The translations under genes were made by a program, and so were the position numbers. From Nitrosopumilus sp. (GTDB taxonomy: Archaea > Thermoproteota > Nitrososphaeria > Nitrososphaerales > Nitrosopumilaceae), in NCBI GenBank assembly GCA_965223425.1, contig OZ245003.1, positions 320,001 through 384,000 of the forward strand: 64,000 bases of DNA, given 5' to 3'. Under the pieces are notes generated by a model, which was given only the letters and a program-made list of their open reading frames with translations, had not been told where the DNA came from and made no database searches. Of the stretch, positions 35,648 through 46,149 are shown piece after piece; within the stretch, counting starts at the first letter, position 1; each line of letters starts with the position of its first letter.

Positions 35648-36040
35648 ATGTATGATAATTGGATGAGAAGACGGTGGTTTGACTTTAGGATGGGGCACAC
35701 CGTATACCTGATATTCCTGCTCTCGTTTGCCAACTTCGTCCTGATCTTCTACAGGTTGTTAATTGAGAGGGTGGACTTTCTAAACGAGGTAGTTAGTGAT
35801 CTATGGATCTTCATGGTTCTGTTCATCTCAATCTATATCCCAGTGGCCATGCTGGTGGGCGCATGGCACAGAAAGACGCAGATCAAGGTGGAAGCCGACG
35901 TGGGCATGCTACAAAGCCCGCTTGCCGCCAAGATATTCCGTGTGATGATAGACATACAGACCGGAAATATATCAAAGGAGGATCTCGAGGCCATGCGGAA
36001 TATGCTCAAGAAAATCGAGGAAGGGCGAGGACAAGAGTGA
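35648..36040 (+). CDS. Thaumarchaeal-type two-TM hypothetical protein
   Basis: RRRWFDFRMGHTVYLIF N-terminus with two hydrophobic helices. Confidence 0.7.
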   Translation: MYDNWMRRRWFDFRMGHTVYLIFLLSFANFVLIFYRLLIERVDFLNEVVSDLWIFMVLFISIYIPVAMLVGAWHRKTQIKVEADVGMLQSPLAAKIFRVMIDIQTGNISKEDLEAMRNMLKKIEEGRGQE

Positions 36041-36089
36041 CGAAGTGCTACTGCCATGCACTACCGGTCTAGGCTATGGGCATTTTGTC

Positions 36090-36998
36090 CTATGTGTATC
36101 CAGTGCCCAGCTTTCCTATCTTCTTCCAGTCCAGTATGTCCTTTACGGGGTTTGAACCTTGATAGATAAAATCGAGGAAGGCCTTGGATCTGGCATCCTT
36201 TACGGCTGGATGATTCGGGTTCTTCCTAGCCCACGTAAAGCCGCGGTACAGGTATGGCATGTCTAGCAGTATGGATTTTACGCGGATCTTAAAGTCCAGA
36301 CTACCGACTAAATACCCTGTAAGCTTATCCGGGTTTGCCCCGTACCATACGCCGTTTGCAAACTGCCTCCAAGGTATGTCGTTGTTGTTGTAGTCCAAGC
36401 TGTTGGCACCTATGGTAGATTCTGCCACCGTGTCTTTTCCCTTTGACTGGAACTGCTCGATCAATATTGTGTCACAGCCATTGTAGACGCTGCGCAACTT
36501 CGCAAAATCCACATGGTCAAAGTATGACCTCCTGTATATCCAGTACGTGCCGGTATTAGGAGGTCGGATGATCTGGTTTGTCCTGTATATGATGCCGGTT
36601 ATGAGATCGCGCAGCGTCCTGACGGGCCGTCTTTCTTGATACATGATCATCGGCGTCTGGGGGCCGACTCGGTCATATCCGCCTAACATACGCCTTTGGA
36701 GTATGGAGTCTATATTGTACGCCAGTATCTTTTCATGTGATGCGGCCTTGATGCACTCGTGTAATACGTGTGCCAAATGCATCTTCCACTCACCGGAACG
36801 TTCGACTTTTACTGTGCGCGCGTTTGCGTGCCCGGACGATGCAGCCTCTATGATGTCTAAAAACCCTGAATCGGTCGGCTTGTCTACGCCTATTATAGTC
36901 TCGGTAGGCCGAAGCGCCACGGCAGCGCGAAGGGATCTCTCGACGAACCTGCGCTCCCGCGGTGTGTCGCGTATGGCTACTATGAGGCTGAACTCCAT
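36090..36998 (-). CDS. Putative GT-A-like glycosyltransferase, paralogue 3
   Basis: SLIVAIRDTPRER, WKMHLAHV, TGTYWIYR, YNGCD, DYNNNDIPWRQF; start assigned by alignment to paralogue 1. Confidence 0.6.
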   Translation of the reverse strand: MEFSLIVAIRDTPRERRFVERSLRAAVALRPTETIIGVDKPTDSGFLDIIEAASSGHANARTVKVERSGEWKMHLAHVLHECIKAASHEKILAYNIDSILQRRMLGGYDRVGPQTPMIMYQERRPVRTLRDLITGIIYRTNQIIRPPNTGTYWIYRRSYFDHVDFAKLRSVYNGCDTILIEQFQSKGKDTVAESTIGANSLDYNNNDIPWRQFANGVWYGANPDKLTGYLVGSLDFKIRVKSILLDMPYLYRGFTWARKNPNHPAVKDARSKAFLDFIYQGSNPVKDILDWKKIGKLGTGYT

Positions 36999-37134
36999 TG
37001 CAGACCGGGTCGCCTTACCGCGATTACCGTAGGTCAATGTCAGGTGTGGGTGCAAGGCGCATATAATTATTGCTTGGATGTGTGGACAAAGCATAATCCC
37101 AGTTTTGAGATAAAATCCCAACCGCGTATACACA

Positions 37135-37303
37135 AGACTTTATGCACAATTGAACCGTCAAAATTTTTCCGAAAGATTTAGATCTATTTTGATCGCCGCA
37201 ACAGGTAATGGAATCTCCAAAACAGACGATATGCAGGCTGCAAAGGGAGCTCAAGCAAAAGGACAGAGCAATCAAGCAGAACAACAGAGCAATCAAGCAA
37301 AAG
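37135..37303 (+). mobile_element. IS5-B left-end fragment
   Basis: AGACTTTATGCACAATTGA plus the start of the heptad repeat. Confidence 0.8.
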
Positions 37304-37477
37304 GCCTAGATGTCAAATCCATCAAATCATTGTGATCTTTCATGCGATCTGTTTACCTCTACCGCATTTCTATTTGTATGTAGTCTTAGGTTTGTGTCCA
37401 TGACGATCAAGTCGCACTATAACATACTCCGAACCGATTACAGATAACATAAAATCATAGCTGCTCAAAGATGAAAG

Positions 37478-38473
37478 GTGGAAAATGGTCTAGTGGCAGG
37501 AGCTATCGCCGGCCCCGTCTTGGCATTCTTTGTGGTTTATGCTGCCACGCCGTACCTGATAAGGTGGCTTGAGAGCAAAAACATGTGCGTGGTGGATGTC
37601 AACAAGCCGGGTACAGTCATGGTAGCAAGGCCCGGCGGGATATCCATAATTTTGGGCATAGTGGCAGCAGAGCTTGCCCTGTACGCCCTGATGCCGCTAA
37701 GCGAGATACTAGCTGTAACTGCCACCACGGTTGCGGCGTTCACGGTGGGGCTAGTCGACGACCAAAAAAGGATGGGCGGGTGGTACAAACCAGTAGCCTT
37801 GGCCGCATGTGCAATCCCGATAATACTGCTGGGCGCATACGACTCTGACCTGGCGTTTCCCATATTTGGCGAGGTGCACATCCCGATACTGTACATCGTG
37901 GTGATCATAATGATGATCCCAATTACCGGAAACACGATCAACTCTATAGATGTGATAAACGGCGCCGCAAGCGGTTTCATGGTCATAGCCGGGGCGGCCC
38001 TTACAGCGTCGCTGTTCATAGTGCAAAACTACGAGGTTGCAATAGCAAGCCTGCCGCTGGTGTTTGCATCTCTTGCGTTTTACAGGTTCCACAAGAACCC
38101 AAGCAGGATCTTTCCGGGAGACTCGGGGGCGCTGACCTTTGGCGCCATGTACGGAGCGCTTGCCATAGTCGGCGGGGTGGAGGTCATCGCAGCAGTCGCC
38201 CTGCTTCCGGCCATAATCAACTCTTTTCTCTTTCTGGCCAGTACCAAGAGGATAGTAGAGTATAGGAAGATCAAGGCAAAGTCTACTGCTCACACCGAGG
38301 ACATGAGGATAAAGGCCACCGGAGAGAAGGACGCGCCAGTCACGCTGGTAGGGCTGATCGTCGCAGGCAGGCCGCTGACTGAAAGGCAGCTGTGCTCTGC
38401 AATACTCAGGCTTGCCGCATTCTCAGCTGTTCTTGCGGTGATCACGGCAGCCATGACAGGTGTGTGGGTGTGA
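37478..38473 (+). CDS. GT4/MraY-family UDP-GlcNAc:dolichol-phosphate GlcNAc-1-P transferase (AglH-like)
   Basis: DVNKP, GLVDD, NTINSIDVING, IFPGDSG motifs; multi-TM. Confidence 0.9.
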   Translation: MENGLVAGAIAGPVLAFFVVYAATPYLIRWLESKNMCVVDVNKPGTVMVARPGGISIILGIVAAELALYALMPLSEILAVTATTVAAFTVGLVDDQKRMGGWYKPVALAACAIPIILLGAYDSDLAFPIFGEVHIPILYIVVIIMMIPITGNTINSIDVINGAASGFMVIAGAALTASLFIVQNYEVAIASLPLVFASLAFYRFHKNPSRIFPGDSGALTFGAMYGALAIVGGVEVIAAVALLPAIINSFLFLASTKRIVEYRKIKAKSTAHTEDMRIKATGEKDAPVTLVGLIVAGRPLTERQLCSAILRLAAFSAVLAVITAAMTGVWV

Positions 38474-38709
38474 GCGGATCCCCGATAGTGATGTTCATCC
38501 TAGTGATGTGGGTTCTCATGCTGGCAGGCGGAGGCATCGCAGTAACGGTGCTCGGGTCATTCTCAGTAGCAGGCTTGGGGGGGGAGGCCCTTGATGGTGT
38601 CATATCGTCTGCTGCAAAGGCCATCATCGCAGTAGTCATGGTGGTACTCTGGGTGTTCATACTATCGAAGATCAAGAACTGGATGTTCCAAAGGCAGATG
38701 AGGCCCTAG
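38470..38709 (+). CDS. Small two-TM hypothetical protein
   Basis: GTG overlaps the upstream stop; two hydrophobic helices. Confidence 0.65.
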   Translation: MSGSPIVMFILVMWVLMLAGGGIAVTVLGSFSVAGLGGEALDGVISSAAKAIIAVVMVVLWVFILSKIKNWMFQRQMRP

Positions 38710-39046
38710 GTCGCCTTGTACACGGTGCCACGGTATAGCATTTACGGTGATGTTTTCATGAGTCTTTTTTTCCCAGCAGGAATCTGTCTGTGTGTCATGC
38801 CTTCATCTAACCAGTAAACGGCGGATCTCATCTAATGGGATGGAAAATACAACAGCCTGTTGGCATCATGCAAACAAACCGTCTGAAACGCAGCATGCTG
38901 ACAACAGCAGCGCATGATCGTGCTTTTGGGAATTCTGATTGTACTGCATTCCTGTCTGGCACAGGACAGCAAGCATGCGGCATTGCGGAGGGATGCTTGT
39001 CCTATCTTGAGTGTTGTTTTCATCTCATCTGCTGGGTTGGAACGCA

Positions 39047-40084
39047 TCACTGGACTATTGATTTTATGACTTGGACCAGCTTGATGTAGGGGTCCTCCAT
39101 GGATGCGACCACCTTTCTAGCTCTCTGCTTGGCGGCGTTCTTTGAGGAGAGCATTCTCTCCACAACTGGGACGATCTTTTTCGGATCCTTCTCCCGTGTA
39201 GCCAGCCTCTTACTTACCACATAGCGCTCATAAAAATTAGGTACGGCATCATACGATATTGTGGGGACCCCCATCAGGGCCGACTCTGCCGTCATCGTCC
39301 CGCCTGAGCCGATGAATACGTCGCAGTCCTCAAGCAAGACCTTTCCGTCATACGACATGCTAATGTTTTTGATTTTGTTGCCGAATGTCTTAGTCAGGCT
39401 TCTCCTCTGGGCTGCGTATCTGGAAAGCACTATGATGTTCTCCCCTCCGTACTTTTTGAGAACATTGTTGATTATGGGGACTATTATGTTCCGGTTTACC
39501 ATGTACGAGGCCTGATCCTCTGGAGGCCTGATCAGGATGGTCTTTTTGTGTGGATTGAGACGGAGTCTGGCGTTCTTTGATACGTCCCTTTTGAGCATGA
39601 TGGCCGGGTCGATCGCATTATACTGTATGATGTCATTTTTGTCTATGCCGAATTTTATAAACGCGCTTTTTGGTATTATCCAAGGGATCAGCAGCTTGTC
39701 CAAGAACGGAGCTGACAGCTTCATGATTGCCGTCGCATGCGGCATGTCTGAGAATCCCACATACTTGATCCCAAGGCCGTATGCCACTCTGGATGCCTCC
39801 GGTGAGCAAAAACTTACTGCCACGTCAGGCGAATACTCGTGGACTATCTTTGATAGTGCGGCAGTCCTGCCCACGCTGGCTGTCAGCTTGCCAAACTTCT
39901 CCCCGCCACCGTGTTTTCCTACCAGCTTTACCGGAAGATTCCTGATCTCTGCGAGGTGGGATGCCTCCCTGTACCGGCGCGATGTGCACAGAACCCTATG
40001 TTTCTTCTTCCTCTTCAGATCCCTGACCATCGGCTCGAAAAACAACACCTCTTTTGGGGTAAGTATGTCAAACCAGATTTTCAA
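39047..40084 (-). CDS. DUF354 family GT-B-fold protein
   Basis: MKIWFDILTPK, GKHGG, FIGSGGTMTAESALMGVPTISY. Confidence 0.88.
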   Translation of the reverse strand: MKIWFDILTPKEVLFFEPMVRDLKRKKKHRVLCTSRRYREASHLAEIRNLPVKLVGKHGGGEKFGKLTASVGRTAALSKIVHEYSPDVAVSFCSPEASRVAYGLGIKYVGFSDMPHATAIMKLSAPFLDKLLIPWIIPKSAFIKFGIDKNDIIQYNAIDPAIMLKRDVSKNARLRLNPHKKTILIRPPEDQASYMVNRNIIVPIINNVLKKYGGENIIVLSRYAAQRRSLTKTFGNKIKNISMSYDGKVLLEDCDVFIGSGGTMTAESALMGVPTISYDAVPNFYERYVVSKRLATREKDPKKIVPVVERMLSSKNAAKQRARKVVASMEDPYIKLVQVIKSIVQ

Positions 40085-40169
40085 ACATTTTTGTTGGAAT
40101 TTGCGGGGTCAATAAGTTTTTCCTAATCCTGACCCATTTGTAATGTCTTTGGTTGGTTCTTCTTCAAGT

Positions 40170-40676
40170 CAGTAGTTCCCAGATGTAGATTTGTGCCTAG
40201 ATGTAGATTTATGCTCAGATACTGGCGCGTTATCGCATAATTGCAATGCAAAGATCCAGATTAGGTTACGGTGTGCAAGATGTCATGAGCATTCAAACAC
40301 AAGACGATCTGATCGTGCACCATATATCGTGATTGTCACTCAGTCTCTTTGCGGTGCGCAGAACTCCCACGGGGCCGTCCTGGTATGCATCAGTCACCAT
40401 TCGTATCTGGGCAGCTGTGACTGGGACGTGCGGCCTGCCCATCTTCACGCGTGTTGTTCCAATTTTCTGGAACCGGGCCCACAGCCTTCTTACGTGTCTT
40501 GCAGTGATGCCAAGATCCTTGGCTATCTTGGTGGAGACGATTCCCTTTTTGCGCTGTCTGATTATGTGTTGTCGGGATTTTTCTGTCAGTCTTTTTGCCA
40601 TAGCTTTTCTGGATCGGTACAGCCTGAAATAATCAGTTATTGTCCTACTGATCCTAGACGGACTTGCTTTTCGCAC
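40170..40676. mobile_element. ISH3-C left-end fragment joined to an IS481-like transposase N-terminal fragment (minus strand)
   Basis: CAGTAGTTCCCAGATG at 40170; HTH KIAKDLGITARHVRRLW...GRP in ORF 40293-40676. Confidence 0.7.
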
Positions 40677-40829
40677 AATAGATGTTTACTTGGTTGGATA
40701 GAAAACTAAATGTAAACTCTGCATTTGATGAAGCATCAAAATTATATCAAAAATTACATACAATAAAAAATCAAATGTATGATAACAAACTTTGATTTGG
40801 AAATTTATTTTCTCTGAGTAGAAATACAT

Positions 40830-41425
40830 CAGTAGTTCCCAGATGTAGATTTACCGCAAACACAACTAGCATCGGTTCTACTTGCCTCGATCATTGACAA
40901 ACAACTCGTTTCTGCTTGTAATATGCGCGATAAACAGCACCATGGTAAGTTTTTTTCCTGCAGAAGACACTCTTCATGCCTCTTTCCTGCATCAAGGCAG
41001 AACTTGGCAATCCTCCACAGGTTGTACAGTAGCAACGGCGGCATGTAAAACATCAGCAGCCTCACAATCAGGGATTTGCTGCATGTCCTGCCCATGATTT
41101 CCTTTATGACGCGAAATCCCGTCTCGATGCCCCATCTTGCAGTACTGCTCCGGTATGATGTCTGTCATGGCTCTGTGGCACTCCTGATGGGAATGTTTGT
41201 TGCAAATGCAATGTATTGCTCCTCCTCCTTTTTTTCTTCCTCTTCCTCCTCTTCCTGTCTCTTTTGACAATTACAAGGTTGTAAGTCAGTTACGCCGTCT
41301 TTGTTGATCATTGACTGCTGCGATACCTAGTTTGCCTTTCCGTCCTCGTACAGCCTGACTGTCTTCTTGATCTTGGAGTTCATGATGACAGGCATGATAT
41401 AGCGGCACCCGCCCTTTCCTGCCAT
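40830..41425 (-). mobile_element. ISH3-C degenerate 3' fragment
   Basis: TIR at 40830; aligns to 23623-24225 with many indels. Confidence 0.85.
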
Positions 41426-41523
41426 TGACAACATCAAAAAAATGGCAGATGACAAAAAACGACAGGCATGAAAATTGTGACAATTTGTGACGTTCTAGTC
41501 ATAAAATAGGCATGAATCCAACA

Positions 41524-41555
41524 TTTTAAATAGAAATTGTGACACAAGTGTTACA
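41524..41555 (+). promoter_or_regulatory. TATA box followed by an imperfect palindrome (putative operator)
   Basis: TTTTAAATA then TGTGACAC-AA-GTGTTACA abutting the ATG at 41555. Confidence 0.55.
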
Positions 41556-41698
41556 TGGCATTAAGAGACGTAAAACCCTTTGATGAAAAACAAATGACCC
41601 GACTAAAGGAGATCATGGCTAGAGGTTCTACTGAAAAACAAATTGAAAACTATCAAAGAGCTAAAGAACATGTCAAAAACGTAAAAGCAAACTTCTAG
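41555..41698 (+). CDS. 47-aa protein, putative antitoxin
   Basis: MALRDVKPFDEKQMTRLKEIMARGSTEKQIENYQRAKEHVKNVKANF; 14 bp upstream of the GNAT gene; below the ORF-track cutoff. Confidence 0.6.
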   Translation: MALRDVKPFDEKQMTRLKEIMARGSTEKQIENYQRAKEHVKNVKANF

Positions 41699-41712
41699 AT
41701 TTTTAAAATAAA

Positions 41713-42258
41713 TTGTCATTATCAAAAATAGATTTTACTACTATTGATTACGAATACTACAAAGTGCCAAATACTGATCCATTAGATGATGATTTTAAAT
41801 CTGAAATTCAAGAATTTACAGATTATTACCATAGAGATTCTCTACAAGATATCCGAGAAAAACTTGTTCAAATGTATGTTCTAAAAATAGAAGGTAAGGT
41901 TATGGGCTATGTTACACTGGCAATGACACATATTCGAAATGACGTAACTGAGGCAATCAAAGAAAAAGATGTTAATGGTACTATTCCAGCTCTATTGATA
42001 AGTCACTTAGCTGTACGTGCTGGTCATAATAGACGTGGAATTGGACATGAATTACTTGACATGATATTTAGTAGATTAGTTCCAAAACTAAAAAAATTTG
42101 CTGGATGTAGATACGTAATGTTAAATCCACGAGATGATGCTGGTGTTAGAAAATTCTATGATGATTATGGATTTGATTATGCTGAAAATGCAATGAATGA
42201 TAAAGAATCTGATGCTTTTCTATATGATGTGATTGATATTCCAGATGAAGAAGATTGA
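41713..42258 (+). CDS. GNAT acetyltransferase, TacT/AtaT-toxin-like
   Basis: GYVTL, IPALLISHLAV, RRGIG acetyl-CoA motif, GCRYVML, FY..YGF. Confidence 0.8.
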   Translation: MSLSKIDFTTIDYEYYKVPNTDPLDDDFKSEIQEFTDYYHRDSLQDIREKLVQMYVLKIEGKVMGYVTLAMTHIRNDVTEAIKEKDVNGTIPALLISHLAVRAGHNRRGIGHELLDMIFSRLVPKLKKFAGCRYVMLNPRDDAGVRKFYDDYGFDYAENAMNDKESDAFLYDVIDIPDEED

Positions 42259-42505
42259 GGAAACTAATAATTAGAAAATAATTTTATTTTACTGTAACAA
42301 TATCTTTTTTTAAATATTCTATTTTCTTTGTTTCCCAGTCTGAACTCCTCTATGGTACAATCTCAAAACTTATCCCATGATTCATCAAGTATAACTATAA
42401 CCGTACCTTTTTCTTGTTCTAGTTTTTCGGACGTCATAATATTAAATCCAGACTCTTGCACTCCTTCTAAAGACATCTCCGTTAATTCTTTTAGTAGTTC
42501 ATCAG

Positions 42506-42780
<275 letters not shown>

Positions 42781-42863
42781 GTTCTGATTGTGCTCCCGGT
42801 CTCCTTGGCACAACAGCCCACAGAATTCCCAGAACGCAATGACTGCAAAGAAAAAAAAACGCG

Positions 42864-43877
42864 TCACAAATCCAGCTTCCCTTTGACGTAGTCAATTGAG
42901 CCAATCGACGTAGGATCAGTCTTGTTGATGACTGCCAGGTAAATTGACGTATAGTCCAGCAGATATATCAGATTAATCAGTTTTGAGATAATATTTCCCT
43001 TAACTGAATGAACCTCCCTAAACGGAATCTGTCTGCTACAAAAAAACTCTTTTAAAATATCCCACCTCTCTTTTGTCTTGGGAAAGTCATCCTCTCCTTG
43101 CAGCAGTATGGGCTGAACGTTTGACGGGGTCTCCCAGGCCATGACTCCGTTGTGACATGCCTCAATCACGTCTTCTGTAATGGCATGCACCTTGGAGTTT
43201 TCCTGCAGCGAGTTCTTGAATCTTGTTGCCGCCGCGTTTAGTCCCGCAGGAAAATAGATCATTGGAATCCCGCTAATCCATTTTGCAAGGCTCAGAGCAT
43301 CGTTTTGATCAGTGAGGTTGCCTGATGAAATTTCCCTGCTTGACTCTTCTAGTCTTCTCAATGACTCGTCAATTTCGTCTTTTTTGATTGGCAGTGCCGG
43401 CTGGAGAACTCTTAGCATTCCATAGAAGAACCCAGGGAATGATGCCCGCGGGGAATGCTCCATCGGTATGCTCCTGTAATCAATCTTGTTTTCCCTGCAA
43501 AAATTCTTCATTTTGCCGTCAGAGGAGAACGCTATAACCTTGCATGGCAGACCTGATGCCGATTTCAATATGCTTAGGGTCTCTGCTGTATTGCCTGAAA
43601 TGCTGGTGGCAACCACAAGCGTATTGGCATCAACAGTCTTTGGAAGAAGGTATCCCTTTACTACAGAGACGTGAATGTTTGTCTTTGATAGGATAGAGGA
43701 GAACATGTCCCCCAGAGTCCCAGAACCCCCCATGCCTGCAAATACGATATTGTCGATTTGGGTATAGTCTACAGGCTCCATTTCTGTAGAGGATGCCTCC
43801 TTTGCAATATGGTGCCAGCTATCATAGACCCGATACATCCTGTTTGAATCGTGCAGTTTCATATCCTCCAGTCTCAT
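42864..43877 (-). CDS. Bifunctional phosphoglucose/phosphomannose isomerase (SIS domain)
   Basis: GMGGSG, SISGNTAET, PRAS, RFKNSLQENSK, EACHNG. Confidence 0.92.
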   Translation of the reverse strand: MRLEDMKLHDSNRMYRVYDSWHHIAKEASSTEMEPVDYTQIDNIVFAGMGGSGTLGDMFSSILSKTNIHVSVVKGYLLPKTVDANTLVVATSISGNTAETLSILKSASGLPCKVIAFSSDGKMKNFCRENKIDYRSIPMEHSPRASFPGFFYGMLRVLQPALPIKKDEIDESLRRLEESSREISSGNLTDQNDALSLAKWISGIPMIYFPAGLNAAATRFKNSLQENSKVHAITEDVIEACHNGVMAWETPSNVQPILLQGEDDFPKTKERWDILKEFFCSRQIPFREVHSVKGNIISKLINLIYLLDYTSIYLAVINKTDPTSIGSIDYVKGKLDL

Positions 43878-43959
43878 TTACTTTGGTATGATGATGTGGA
43901 AATATAATAATTGATGGCTTGCTGTTCATTTTAAATATGGTTTTTCTTGAAAAAAATGG

Positions 43960-45015
43960 ATGGGTGAAATTGAGGCTCATTTCCCGCTTAGAACTGTGGA
44001 ATGGAGAGATAACAAGGTCCGAATGATTGATCAGACCAGGCTGCCCAACGAGCTTGTATTTGCAGAGTATGATGACTTTAACCAAGTTGCCGATGCAATC
44101 AGAACCCTTGTTGTTAGGGGCGCCCCTGCCATTGGAGTGTCAGGGGCATTTGGATTGGCATTGGCTGTTTTACAGAGCAAGGCAACAACAAAGGAGGAGC
44201 TGATTTCAAGTTTGGAGGATGCAAGAAACGTTCTCTTTGCAACCAGGCCGACTGCCGTAAACCTGGGCTGGGGATTGGAAAAAATTATGAATGTTGCAAA
44301 GACCGGAGATACAGTCGAGCAGATCAAAGAACTAGTTGTTTCTGCTGCCAAAAAAATGGCAGATGAGGACGTTGATATTAACCGGGCCATGGGAAAAAAC
44401 GGGTCTGCCCTTTTTGATGATGATGACACTGTTATGACCCATTGCAACGCCGGCGCTTTAGCTACTGTAGCATATGGGACTGCGTTGGGTGTGATTAGGG
44501 CAACCAGAGAAAGCGGAAAAAACATCAAGGTGATAGCCACTGAGACAAGGCCAATCCAACAGGGCTCCAGACTGACGGCATTTGAGCTAAAGCATGATGG
44601 GTTTGATGTCAGTCTGATTCCAGACACTGCAGTAGGGTATTCAATGGCAAACAGCCTAGTTGACAAGGTTGTCGTAGGTGCAGATAGAATCGTAAAGACA
44701 GGCCATGTATTTAACAAAGTTGGAACATACCAGATAGCTACCATGGCCAAACAACACGGAATCCCATTTTATGTCGCAGCGCCATTATCCACAATTGACC
44801 TGGAAACAAAGGCCGAAGATGTCATCATAGAGATGCGCAAAGGGAGCGAAGTTACCGGAATCGGCGATAAAAAGACTGCACCTGATGGCGTTGACGTGAT
44901 TAATCCCGCATTTGACATGACTCCGCCGGAATTAGTCTCAGGAATTATTACAGAAAAGGGCGTGGCTACTGCCCCGTATGGGGAGTCCATTCCAAAATTA
45001 TTTGAAGCTAATTAA
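43960..45015 (+). CDS. mtnA: Methylthioribose-1-phosphate isomerase
   Basis: VRGAPAIG, TRPTAVNL, THCNAGALAT, ETRP, NPAFD. Confidence 0.95.
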   Translation: MGEIEAHFPLRTVEWRDNKVRMIDQTRLPNELVFAEYDDFNQVADAIRTLVVRGAPAIGVSGAFGLALAVLQSKATTKEELISSLEDARNVLFATRPTAVNLGWGLEKIMNVAKTGDTVEQIKELVVSAAKKMADEDVDINRAMGKNGSALFDDDDTVMTHCNAGALATVAYGTALGVIRATRESGKNIKVIATETRPIQQGSRLTAFELKHDGFDVSLIPDTAVGYSMANSLVDKVVVGADRIVKTGHVFNKVGTYQIATMAKQHGIPFYVAAPLSTIDLETKAEDVIIEMRKGSEVTGIGDKKTAPDGVDVINPAFDMTPPELVSGIITEKGVATAPYGESIPKLFEAN

Positions 45016-45054
45016 TAGAAAGTTTTTATTGTTTTTCAAACTGCATTTTACAAT

Positions 45055-45696
45055 ATGAGTACCGTTTCTGCCCAGGCAATTGAGGATTCTTTAAAGCAGT
45101 GCATGGATCCTGAGGTTCCGCTAAACATTGTAGAGATGGGGCTAATCTATGGGATTGACGTTGCAGAAAACAACGACGTCAACATCAAAATGACAATGAC
45201 TACGCAGGGGTGCCCACTGCATGAAACTTTGGTTTCAGATGCAACACGATTTGTCAAAAAAGTCCCAGGGGTAAACAATGTCAACGTAGAGATTGTATGG
45301 GATCCCCCATGGTCAATGGATAAAATGTCTAAAGAGGCAAAAATTAAAATCAAAAACATGGGCGCCGGCATGAATACCCCCGCACCAATTAACTATGAAA
45401 CTGCATTGCCCCAAGGGGTCGGTAAGCTAGTCCAACAAGAAGATGGCTCCATGGTACTGGCAAATGAGCATGATCAGGGTTTTATGGTAAACCAGGCAAT
45501 TGTTGACTTTTGGAAGTCTTGCAACGGAGAACGCAAAGTAACTGATCTCGTGGAGGTATTTGCACAACAGACGGGACTGCAAAGAAACCAGGTGGAAAAA
45601 GAAGTCATGCAACTGCTGCAACAACTGCGTGATGGCGGACTGGTTGCAATTGCAGGCCAACGGCCTGATACGCCAAATGTTGAATTTAAAAAATAA
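45055..45696 (+). CDS. DUF59/SufT Fe-S assembly protein with a C-terminal PqqD-like domain
   Basis: DPEVPLNIVEMGLIY, TTQGCP, VWDPPW; C-terminal FWKSCNGERKVTDL...LQQLRDGGL. Confidence 0.85.
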   Translation: MSTVSAQAIEDSLKQCMDPEVPLNIVEMGLIYGIDVAENNDVNIKMTMTTQGCPLHETLVSDATRFVKKVPGVNNVNVEIVWDPPWSMDKMSKEAKIKIKNMGAGMNTPAPINYETALPQGVGKLVQQEDGSMVLANEHDQGFMVNQAIVDFWKSCNGERKVTDLVEVFAQQTGLQRNQVEKEVMQLLQQLRDGGLVAIAGQRPDTPNVEFKK

Positions 45697-45703
45697 TTTT
45701 AAC

Positions 45704-46099
45704 CTAATCCCGTCTGGGACTGCCAGCCCTCTTCTTCTTTGCTTTGGGCCTGCCCACTTTGCGTTCTTTTCTGATTACCTTTGTTTTTTCTTTAAAATCC
45801 ATTCCTTTTTCAAAAAATTCCCATATCAGGATTTTTACCATCTTTGAAATTTTCTGTTCAATGTTTCGCTGATATTCAGGACTGTTGAAAATTTCACCCA
45901 AATTCCTTCCACCAACTGTAATGTCTTTTTCTTCCAAGGCATCTGCAACTAACTCTTTTGCCAAAGTTAGCCCTACGTAGAACTTTACCCCTGAGCGAAT
46001 GATTTCATTATAACTTAATCCATACTGCTCTTTGATTCTCTCAATCTCGTCAAACTCGTCATCAGGAAACCTGGCTCGAAGGGTATTCCATTCTGTCAT
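45704..46099 (-). CDS. Hypothetical protein, possible RHH-like N-terminus
   Basis: 131-aa ORF with a basic GRPK tail. Confidence 0.65.
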   Translation of the reverse strand: MTEWNTLRARFPDDEFDEIERIKEQYGLSYNEIIRSGVKFYVGLTLAKELVADALEEKDITVGGRNLGEIFNSPEYQRNIEQKISKMVKILIWEFFEKGMDFKEKTKVIRKERKVGRPKAKKKRAGSPRRD

Positions 46100-46149
46100 G
46101 TTTTACAAGTACTACCTATCCTAATAACTTCTTAGAACCCCCCCTGTTT

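Noticed and set aside
45055-45696. DUF59-PqqD-like fusion as a RiPP system
   Set aside because: No precursor peptide or radical SAM gene nearby; sits among housekeeping genes
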